From the NCBI GenBank assembly GCA_002104945.1, contig MCFH01000048.1, positions 310,001 to 374,000 on the forward strand: a DNA stretch of 64,000 nt, read 5' to 3'. This DNA is from Piromyces finnis finn. Its lineage: Eukaryota; Fungi; Neocallimastigomycota. Made by a program: the position numbers and the translations under genes. Positions 14,801 through 25,940 of the stretch are shown here, one piece after another. Position 1 is the first letter of the stretch, and the number at the start of each line of letters is the position of its first letter. A model generated the notes under the pieces. The model saw nothing but the letters and a program-made list of their open reading frames with translations. It did no database searches and was not told where the DNA came from.

Positions 14801-16217
14801 ATCTATTTTATCACTGTCCATTAAATTAAAACGTTTTAATGCATTAGGGCGTTTTAAACTGACTTTAGGTTTCAATACAAAACTACTACTTTTTTTTACT
14901 GAGTTTAATTTCATACTAGAATTGAAACCAAATTTAGTGGTGGTTGATGCTTTTGATAATGAAATAGACATAGTTGGCTTGGCTATTGGTGTAGTTGGTT
15001 TTAAGTTAATAGATAATGAAGATAATGAAGATTTTTGGGTATCATTTTTTAGTGGTTGGGAATTGTCTTCATTATTGATGGTTTTTGTTTCTTCTACAGC
15101 ATTTTTCTGTTCTTCTAATTTTTTCTGTTGTTCTAATTCATTCTTTTGTTTTATTTTTTTCCATTGTTCCATTCTTTCTCTTCTTTGTCTTAGAATATCA
15201 TTAATTGGTTTCTATTATTATAAAATAATATTAAAAAAAAAATAAAGTTAAATAATATATAAATATTTAATAATTTTTGTTTTCCTAAAATTTTTATAAT
15301 TGAATGGTATTTTTTTTTAATTTCTTTTTTTCTATCAATAAAATAAAATAAATAATCTTTACTTGATCTATACAATTATATTCTTTTATTTCATTATATG
15401 TTATTATATATATATGTTTTTTTTTAAAAAAAAAAAAGAAAGAAAAAAAATAATAATGATTTAACATACGATGAATAAAATTTAGATTAATTATTTGAAA
15501 TAAATTAAATATTATATTATAAAATGAATAATTCGATAAAAAATATATATATTTAACTTTATAATTAATTTGGTAATGATGAATTAAATTAGAAATATTT
15601 AAAAAAACAATAATAACCTTTTCATCTTTTTTGGTTTCAGTTGTGGTAGTTGTAGTTAGTTGCATTGTTTCTGTTTCATTTTGTTTTTGTAATGAAGAAA
15701 TTGATGGAGATTGTATCTTTTCTGTTTTTTCTAAATTGTCATTCACAACTGTTTCTGATATTGGTTTTGTTTCAGTAATTGGTATTGATGAATTAACTAC
15801 ATCTTTTTTTTCTTCTTCTATAGTAGATGTTTCTGTTGGTTGTTGTTTTATTTCTGGTAATACTTCTACTTTTGATGAAGTTTCTGTTGAAATCTCAGAT
15901 TGTGTTATAATTCCGGACATTGCATCAGATTCTTCAGCTTTATTAATTTTTTCTTGAGAAGATTTATGATGGTGTCTACTACTATGACGGTGCTTTTCTC
16001 TTTTTTCATCATATCTACTATTATATCTGTCGTCATCTCTATATCTTTCTTCATCTTTGTATCTATCATATTCTCTATATTTGTCTTCATCTCTATACCT
16101 ACTTTCATCTCTATATCTTTCTCTACTTTCACTATAATCATGGTATCGACTAGAATGGTGACTTGAATGCTTTCTATGCCTTTCTCTTTCTCTTTCTCTA
16201 CTACTATGTCTTCCCAT
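11860..16217 (-). CDS. PRP5: Pre-mRNA-processing DEAD-box RNA helicase Prp5/DDX46, about 1157 aa. Exons 16217-15618, 15211-14132, 13908-12787, 12675-12256, 12111-11860
   Basis: RS/RD-rich N-terminus, [11 protein letters not shown] motif PSPIQ, motif I AKTGSGK/T split by an intron, [27 protein letters not shown], and C-terminal [16 protein letters not shown]...ITTRG. All introns are phase 0 GT-AG. Confidence 0.95.
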
Positions 16218-18399
16218 TTTTTTTTTTTTTAATATTTATTTTAAGTATTTTAAATATTATTTTTTTACAAAAGGTATTCAAATTAAAAATTTATCAAAAA
16301 TTTTTTTTAAAAAAAAAATTTAATATATATATATTAATATATAAGAAAAAAAATTTTGAGAATTTTCAATAGAGTTTTAAATTAATAAATTAATGGATTA
16401 TACATTGGTAAATAAAATAATGCTGCTACTACTATTACAACTACAACAACGACTAATACTACTAATAACAAATAATAAAATAATATATATAAGTTTTTTT
16501 TAAAATAAAAAATATAGATATATAGATATACATTAAGTTTGGAAAAAATATTTTTTATGATATACTTTTACAAAATAATGAGTTACCAACACAAACTTAC
16601 ACCGAACTTCTTTATCAATCAATATTAAAAATTCTGGATAAATATAATTAAAATACAAAACTCATTTATATTTCTATATAGTATGTATTCAATAATATTA
16701 TTAGTTTTATTTTTAATTTTTATTTTAAATATATATTAAGAGAAAAATGTATAAAATTCCATTCTTAAATAAATGGAAAACATGGACAACAAAAGAGGAA
16801 ATATAATTAAAATTCCCATTTTTTGAAAATTTCCTGGCTAAAAGTCTGGTAGAGGTCGGATTTTTTCTGGCAAAAAAGTCTGGCTAAAATCGCCAACAAT
16901 CTAAGATAATTACTATTATTTATTAAAAACATTTTTCATTTAAATAATAAATTCATTATTTCTGTTGCTAAACTTATTTATATATAACTAAATATTATTT
17001 ATTTAAAATATAAATATATCAACAAGATTAATAAAAAAAAACACGAAATAATACCAACTATATTCAATACAAAACTGATACTAATAGTTCAAATAATTAT
17101 ATTTTAAAGCAATTTTATAAAGGTCAATGTATAATATTAAATTTTTAATTTCAAAAAATTGTAACTTTAATTAAAAATAAATAAATATAAGATTGAATGC
17201 ATCTTCTAAGTTTTAGTAGTCTTGGGAAAAAGCTTCATTTTGATCAAACTACGAACTTTTTGTATAGTAATATTTTGTACATTATAATCATCATCGTCAT
17301 AACATTGGATTAAAAAAATAGTATAAATAAATTTATTATGAACTCTAAAAATTTTATGTATATTATTTCCAAATAAAATTTGAAACTATACTTCTTCATA
17401 CATTTGTAATTTATTAATAGACCATATATGATTAATATGCCTTTTTTTTTATTATGCATATTAATTCTAATTCATTTAATAATATATTTACTTTTTATTT
17501 TGTAAGAAATTATCATTTTAATGTAATTATTTATAATATATAATATTTTCTTTATTTTATATGAAATATTTATATATTAAAATATTATAATATTCAATAT
17601 TATTATTAAAAACTATCATTAAATGTTTCACAATAAACCAACAATAAAATTCATTAATTCATTTCAATTTTATTTATAATAAATTTTTTTTTATGTTAAA
17701 TTTAATACCAATTTAAATTAAAAATAAGAGTTTATTATTAAAAATTTAAAAATTTTTATAATTAAATAATACAAGTTTCTTTTTTTTTCTTTTTTCTTCT
17801 TCTTATATAAAGATAATAACAAATAAATTATTATTCAAAATAATTGTAAGAATAATAAATACTATATATTTAAATTATTAATAAAATTATTACATTATAT
17901 TTATCTATCTTTATACTTTTTATTTTTTACTACCATGTTATTGGGGATTATCTTTATTATTCCAATTATACAATGGAAGATATTGAGAAATTAAAAGTGT
18001 TAAGTAAAAATTCATTTACAATTAAACTGATATCTATTCTAAACATATTAATGTGATTAAACATATTAATAATTAAATAATATAAATAAATTTTCTTCTT
18101 TACATTCTTTTTTTTATTCTTGTCAATTATTTGACATATTGATAAATTATATTATATGTATATTATTTTTACAAAAAGAGTTATTTCGTTAAATGAAAAA
18201 TGAAAAATTGAAAAATGCCTATTTAATTCATTTGATGATATACTATATTGATTATAATAGGGAAAAGGCTAAATTGTATAGATTTAATGTTTTCTGTCAT
18301 AAAATGAAAAACTTTTTTTTTACGATTCTTATTCAAAAATAGATGATCTTCATATATTGAAAGATACTATTCTTTATTACTAAAGATAATGATATAGAA

Positions 18400-18725
18400 T
18401 ATAGATTTCATGGTAATTCAACCTATAATATATAAATCATGCATCCCGTAGTAAGGCTGGACATGAAAATGGGTATTGTAAAACAGACATATGTAATTAT
18501 AATAGAGAATGATTTTCCAATAATTGTATTAATAATACATGTATGATTAATGAAAACAATCCTACTGATAATTATAGAACTTATAATCATCTTAATGAAT
18601 ACGGAATTAAATGGTCATTACTTAGAAAAGAAAAATGCCATTCTGATGTAGAATATAGAGGAGATGAAAAATGCTATAATAGCATATGTTCTCTATATGA
18701 TTATCAAAAAAAAAAATTATTATAG
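18400..18725 (+). pseudogene. Degenerate Cys-rich protein gene fragment
   Basis: One frame reads ...GYCKTDICNYNRE*FSNNCINNTCMINENNP...KEKCHSDVEYRGDEKCYNSICS with a TGA where a Cys codon fits the repeat spacing. Upstream fragments (about 17930-18400) are also interrupted. Confidence 0.45.
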
Positions 18726-19697
18726 TGTATATATGACTATATGACAGTTTTATTATATTTATTATTGAACTATTATTAGTAAAATATTATGTATGGTAAT
18801 TTGTAGATAAAAAAGTAAAATAATAAATTTTAATTTAAAGCTATACTACTAAACTCTTAGTAGTATTACTTTAAGAATTTATATGGAAAAACAGGAAAAT
18901 AACAATTAAAGAAATTTATAAAGACAATATTGCATTTTAATTAATATATATAAAAGATTAAAAATATTTAATATTTTTTTTTGAAAAATATATAATTTTC
19001 TGGAAAAATATTAAAAAAATGTATTTAGTAAGATTAACAAAAATAATATATTTAACAACAGTAATAATATATGATATTTGCTGTTTCGTTCTTTGAACAA
19101 TATGAAGGCTTTTCATTTTCTTTATTAATATTAAATTATTTTCTTGTTCTATTTTCTTTTAATTGCAAAATTGGATTTTTTAAAATATTACAATTTTTGT
19201 TATAATAACTCTTTATTTAAGTTATATACTTATAAAGATAAAAATAGTGTATATAGCATGAGTAATCATGTATTAAAATTATATGTATATATAACTTATA
19301 AAATTATAATATTTTGAAAAATCAATTTTGCAAGTAAAATAAAACAATAAAATAATTATTTTTAAAATTCCTTAAGTCCTCAAATTAAACATTTTTTTTA
19401 AATTTTTGATTGAATTCCTATTATATTTATACAAAATATAGGAAATTGATGATAATGTAAAACTTTGTAATCATTTATTATATATTAATAGAAGGATGGA
19501 AAAATAATATAAACTTAGAAAAAGAATATTATTAAATTACAACCTATTACTTATTACTAATTATTATTATATATAAATCCAATTGAAACTAATCTAATTA
19601 TATAATAAAATAATAAAATTAAATTAAAACTAATTTGAGTAAATTCAAAATTTATAAATAGATAATATTATTAAATATTTGAAATTATTTTGAATAT

Positions 19698-22007
19698 TTA
19701 TGACACTACAATTTTGTTATTTGTAATACGGTATACGATGGGATTAGTATCGTAACCGAGAAAGATACCTGGAAGAGAAAATCTAATGAACTTCTTTCGA
19801 AATTGTTTAGGAACGAAAAAGTAAACTTTCCAACCAAAAACCTTAAAGTTATTAAAGTCAACTTTATCCTCATAAAACATTTCGTAGGGATATTTGTTAT
19901 TAATATCTTTAGGGGAATTCTATTATGAATATATTTAACGGTGTTAACAACATCTTCCTAAAATTTATGGTGAGTTTCGCATCTTTGAGCATAGCAGAGG
20001 CGTTATAAATAAGAGTATTGTTTAAACGTTCTGCTCTACCATTTTGTTGTGGATTGTAAGGAATGGTAAATTAGTGAATAATACCATTTTGTTCACAAAA
20101 AGAAGTAAAGTTGTTGTTTGTGAACTCTGTACCATTGTCGGTTTTTATGTATTTAATATATTTATAAAAAATGTTTTTAACTTTGTTATACCAATTAATA
20201 AAAGTAGTATAAACATCACTTTTATTTTTAATGAATAAAACCCATGCGTATTTAGAGTGGTCATCTAGAATAGAAAGGAAGTATTTGTTGCCTTGAATTG
20301 AAGTATCGGAAGAGTTAACAAGATCCATATGAATGAGTTCAAAAGGTTTCTTAGCCTTATGTTTATTTGGAGAATATGACTTATTCTTAAGTTTTGATTG
20401 AGCATATATCTCACATTTATTAGATATTTTTATTTTTGATAATTTATCTTTTAGAAGGTCTATATTGAAATGACCTAATCTTCTGTTCCATAAGTCAAAG
20501 TCGTTGTTTTTAATATTTTTGTCTAAATTATCACAGTAAACATGTTGTTTATTTTTATTATTAAATTTGAAATTAATTATTTTAATATACATGTTTAATC
20601 GTAAAGTATGTAATTTTCCGGAATATTACATATTTTCTTTTTGTTATCTTCTAATATATTAACATATCTAACATTTTTAAATTTATAAAAAATGATTTTA
20701 TAGTTTTGATCAATAAGTTGATCAATAGAAATAAGATTTCTTTTAAATTCAGGAACATAAAGAAAATCATATAAAGTTAATTTTATGTTATTAATATAAC
20801 CTGTGAATGTACCAGTTTTGAGTAAAAACATTCACCATTTGCTACATTTATGTATATATTACAGTCTGATAGGTTGGATAAAATGCTAATATCATTGATT
20901 ATATTGAAAAAAGCACCTGAATCTAATGTCTAACAGATGATTTTGTTTTTATCCATACTAACATCTCGGTTTAAGAATGAATGAGTCGGATTCTAGTCCA
21001 AACTCTGATTCATAATCGCATGAGAAATTTTCTTCTGAACTGGAATTTTGGAAATAATTTCTTATTTGATATTCTTTTTGTTTTTCCAACAGTCCTTAGC
21101 TATGTGGCCAGACCTGTAACAGATATGGCGCTTTTTGTTGGTACGGCTGCCTTTGGTAACATTATTGGTTTCAGTGCTATATCCAACATTTTTATTTTTA
21201 TATTGTTGATTATTTAGTACTTTTAAAAATTGTAATCTTAGGACGGTGATTTCCATATGCTTCTTGCATTTATCCCAGTTATTTTGGCATATGATTATAC
21301 TAGAAAATATAATCACATCTGTAGGCAATAATTTATAGAAAAAATTAAATTTTTTATCATTTGATTTGGGTTCATTTAACCCAAGTTTGCTAAACATATT
21401 TTTCATGTTGGAAATGTTCATGTAAATGTCATCACTTGGCCTGAATTTGATTTTAATTCATTAAGGAGGAAAGTTTGTTTTTCATGGTCGCCCTTGTTAT
21501 TCGTGATTTTCAGTAGGTTCCATATTTTGAATGCAATGTTTTTAGAAAAATCACTTTATTATGAACTTCTTTATTTATATTGTGACTGAGAAATAATCTA
21601 GTTCTTGTATCTTCTAAGATCCTATCTTCAGTCACTTCGCTACAGTACATAAGTGGATTTTTCCTCCACTTGTATGTGTTTCTTCAGGTTTTCTTTCGGA
21701 CTTTTCATTTTCTTTAATTTTTCAGAGTTGATGTACTGGTAAAGTTTATTGGTCTTCATAATCATTTTTATATCTTCTGCCCATATCCTGTAGTTTCCAC
21801 CGATAAGCTCTTCTTTGGTATTTATGAAATTTTTAGTGTTCATCTTTAAATTATGTTTTTAATTAAATTTTAAAATTTTAATTTTTTTTGAAATCTTGAA
21901 ATTTCTTTTTAATTAGGTGGTATTATGTTGTATTTAGTATTTACTTATTACTTACAACACTGAGAATCATACTGAAATTCTTAATCTGTTAAATTTATTA
22001 TTTGACA
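19698..22007 (-). mobile_element. Ty1/copia remnant (gag, PR, GAG-pre-integrase, integrase core; frameshifted; no RT) with PBS at 21974-21986 and a 5'LTR stub from 21987
   Basis: gag GGNYRIWAEDIK, degenerate knuckle CYRSGHIAKDC, DSGAF, LWNRRLGH, IHMDL, DNGTEF, FGWKVYF...PGIFLGY. Confidence 0.85.
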
Positions 22008-22009
22008 AA

Positions 22010-22480
22010 TCATTAACTCTTCGATAGTCCACGCACATTCTCCATTTCCCATTGTGCTTCGGGACCAAAACCACTGGAGAAAACCATTCCGAGAAAGATG
22101 ACTCGATTAACTTTATTAATTAATTTGGACAACTCTTCCTTAAGTATATCAGATTTAAACTTTACTAACCTATACGATCTTTGTTTAATTAATTTTACTC
22201 CTGGCTTTAAGTTAATTTTATGAAGAGTCAGTTTCGAAGGAGTTAGTTCTTAAGAAGAAGTAGCAATGATTTCAATATTTTCTTTCAATATTCGAACAAT
22301 TTGTTCTCGATACTTTTCATTAAGAGTCTCAGTAAAGTTTTCATGGTGAATATATTCTGAAGTGGGTAAGCCTTCAATCTTTTTCAAATTACTTTTAAAA
22401 TCTTCATCACCAACTCTTCGTACCATACATACAATCTTTTCCTCTTCATCATAATTATAATTCAACACATTTACCATTTA
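22010..22480 (-). mobile_element. Ty3/gypsy fragment (linker + RT N-terminus) of a lineage distinct from the chromoviruses
   Basis: Minus strand reads HKINLKPG...IKQRSYRL, then [24 protein letters not shown], with stops and frameshifts. Confidence 0.75.
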
Positions 22481-24662
22481 TACTGAATAGTAATTCTCTT
22501 AGTTTACTTTTGGATATTTTTTGTTTATTTATTTTTGAATACTCTTTATTTACTTTTGAATACACTTTGTTTACTCTTAGAAATACTCTTGGACTAATCT
22601 GGATAAATATTGAATTATTGAACTTCACGATTTAAGGAAAAGAAGATGAATCATCAAAGCAACTACGACGACGCCACTCTCAATGATGGATTTGCTGGCG
22701 ACAGTAGTACCTCAAAGGCTTTTTGGCAAAACTTGAACTTATTTTTATGCTTTATCCTGATAGACATAATTGTGATGAAGCTAAAATAGTCTACCTAATT
22801 TCAAGGTTATACGATGATGCCATGAATTGGGTCGCAACAATAATTGATAACCACGACCCATGTTTAGAAGACTACACCGCCTTTACTAAGAGAATGAAAG
22901 CCTTTTATAGAGGTGAGGATATTATTTTCAGCGCAAACCAAAAAACTTAGAACCTTAAAACAAAAACGTATTGGTGAAATTAGAGAATATATTCTCGAGT
23001 TCAACTGATACTCTGGAGAATCGACTATCCCCACATAGGCCATACGCCTGTGAGATACAACTCAAACCAGAATCAAAACTATTTTATAGACTCATCTACC
23101 ATCTACCCTTTAACTGATTTGGAATCCAAAGCCCTTAAAACTTATATTGATGAAAATCTTTCTAAAGGTTTCATACGTAAGTCCAAATCCCCTGCTGGAG
23201 CGCCCGTACCGTTTGTACCGAAGAAAAACAGAGAATTACGTATGTGTGTAGATTATAGACAGCTCAACAACATCACAATACGTGACTCTTACCCTCTTCC
23301 CCTCATCAATGATATGCTGGAACACTTAGGCGAAGCTATGATATTTTCAAAACTTGACTTAAGATCGGCCTATAATTTAGTCAGAATCAAAAAAAGCGAT
23401 GAATACAAGACAGCCTTTACATGTAAATATGGCCATTTTGAGTACTTAGTTATACTTTTCGGGTTAAAGAATGCCCCTGCTGTATTCCAACATTTCATTA
23501 ATGATGTCTTCGAAGATATTCTCGGAATATACGTTTACAGTTATATCGATGATATAATTGTTTTTTCTAAAAGTTATCAAGATCATGTCAATCATCTTAT
23601 TAATGTTCTTAAAAAGTTACGTTCTGCTGGACTCTACGCTAAGTTGGAGAAATGTAAATTTTTTGCCCAGTACATAGACTTCTTAGGACACCAAATCTCT
23701 TTTGATGGAATCTTTATGGACTCCAAGAAAGTTTCCTCTATTTTAGACTGGCCAACTCCAACGAACATTAAAGAAGTTCAGTCTTTTTGGATTTTCCAAT
23801 TACTACAGAAGATTTATCCCAAAATTTGCTCATTTAGCTCATCTTCTTAACTCTCTTCTGAAGAAGAACATCAAGTTCTATTAGTCTAAAGAAGCAGATT
23901 CTGCCCTCGCTACTTTGAAATCTTTATTCGCATCTGCCCAAATCCTTGCATACCCCAATCGTGATCTACCCTTCCTTGTAGAAACAGACGCCAGCAATTT
24001 CGCTATTAGCGCGGTGTTATCACAAAAATCCACTACTGATAGGAAAACACATCCTGCTGCATTTTTCTCAAGATCCCTCACTGCTGCTGAGAGAAATTAC
24101 CCCATTTATGATAAGGAACTTCTCGCGATTGTTGCTTCTTTGGAAAACTGGAGAAATTTGTTAAAAGATACTTCAACTCCGATCATCGTAACCTATTGTT
24201 TCAGAAGAAGCCGGAAAAGATGACTCAAAGACTCGTTCGGTGGTCACTTTTCATTTCTGAATTCAACTTTAAGATTGTTTATCGTTCAAGTGCTTCCAAT
24301 GACAAATCTAACGCCCTTTCAAGAAGACCTGATTACTTTGACTCCACTGTACTTGATAATAAAATCCCTTTTACAGTATTACGCCCAGAGAACTTTTGTG
24401 CTGTTGCCACTCCTATTATTTCTTCATTATCAAGCAAAATCTTTACTGAATGTAAAAATGATAAATTTTATTTGGATATCTGTAACTACCTTGAAAATAA
24501 GAATTTACCTGTTCCACATGCCAATACCAATTTATTCTCTCTCAGTAATAGTTTCCTTCTTTTCAACTTTAAGATATATGTTCCACTTAATACTCGTGTT
24601 GATGTGTTATCCATTTGTCATGACAGCCCTTCGGCTGTAATGAATACTAGAAATAACTAAAT

Positions 24663-24729
24663 TGTCTTAGTGGTTAGTAGCTAAGACTTTGAGTCTGAAT
24701 GACACTAGTTCGAGACCTCATAGATACTA
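24663..24729 (+). promoter_or_regulatory. tRNA-like Pol III A/B-box cassette in U3 of the G1 LTR (also at 30718-30784)
   Basis: A-box-like TGTCTTAGTGG, loop CTTTGAG and B-box GTTCGAGAC at tRNA spacing. The cloverleaf stems are mostly lost. Confidence 0.6.
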
Positions 24730-25940
24730 TTTTAAAAAAATTATAATTTTATTTTATATGAAGATTATTGATTGGTTAAGAATTTTAAGTTGAAAAAATT
24801 TTATAAATTAATTTAAAAAATTTTTAGTATAAATACGAGTGAATTTTCCCAAATATTTTAAAGAATCGAGATTTTATTAATAAATAATTATATTATTAAA
24901 CACTAACTTATTAAGTTAAATTCTATGTGTTTTTAATGATATTTTTATAAATTAATAATTTACAGAATATTTTAAAGTGTTAATATTACTAAGTTATTTA
25001 GTAAATATTATAATTTGTTTTTATTGTTAAAGACACATTTCTTTAAAATAAAATCTCCTTATAATATAAAAGCTTAATACCTTAGTGTTTAAGAAATTGT
25101 TATAGATAAAACTTTTAAGTTTTATTGTTGAAGCTTTTCTTTAAAGAAATATTTTTACTTAAAGTAGTAGAATTAGTACGCTTTAGAAGCGGTATATAAT
25201 TCAAACTATAAAAAGTAAAAGATTAACGGGATCGAGTTTAACCTGTACAATAATTGGGTTGGCAGGCTCTGAGCTATTCTACTTTGAATAAGGAAGTAGG
25301 AGAATCCGAGGTACACCACGTACAAGACGCTGTAATAAGCAAGCTGGCGTGAGATTTATAGTTGTATACTATCTTTTGCTGTTTGATTATAGACCGGAAA
25401 ATAGCCGGAAATGCCTTACTTTAATAAAATAATATTTCTTAATTAATACATTTTAAAATTAAGTTTTCTAATAAAACAATTTCTAATTTTTAATTATAAT
25501 TATTAATTGTTAAGACAATTTATTAAAATTGTAATAATATAAAATAATATTCTTTATAACTCCTTTAGCGTGAGAAGTTAAACTCTTATACATAATACTT
25601 CTACGTTCGGATAAGGTTGATATAGGGAAAGAAAACCTGTAATAATTTTTATTGCTAACAATAAGTTAGACACTAAAAAAAAAATTTTTTACACCGTTCC
25701 TTTCTTTTATTAATTTAATTAATTTAACAATCGACTTTATACGTGTTATCGTGAAGAGCTACGAAGGACTTATTATAAAGAATAAAACAGGTTATATATT
25801 TGATGGTTTAACACTATATAATCTGGTTTATATTATTATTTAATAAAAAGATTTACTCAATTAATAAATATAATTAAATACTTTATTCTATTATTTTTAC
25901 AAATTTATTAAAGCTTATTAAAGAAAACATCATAAGTACT

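Noticed and set aside
15363-15367. 5-nt micro-exon (AG|ATCAA|GTAAAG) in PRP5 intron 1
   Set aside because: A simpler phase-0 acceptor at 15213-15212 joins exons 1 and 2 in frame without it. Only RNA-seq could revive it.
14631-16166. Antisense and alternative-frame ORFs over PRP5 (e.g. 14631-15245, 15631-15957)
   Set aside because: Shadow ORFs of low-complexity coding sequence, with no independent motifs.
24663-24729. Functional tRNA-Gln gene
   Set aside because: D, T and acceptor stems do not pair. Kept only as a tRNA-like promoter cassette.
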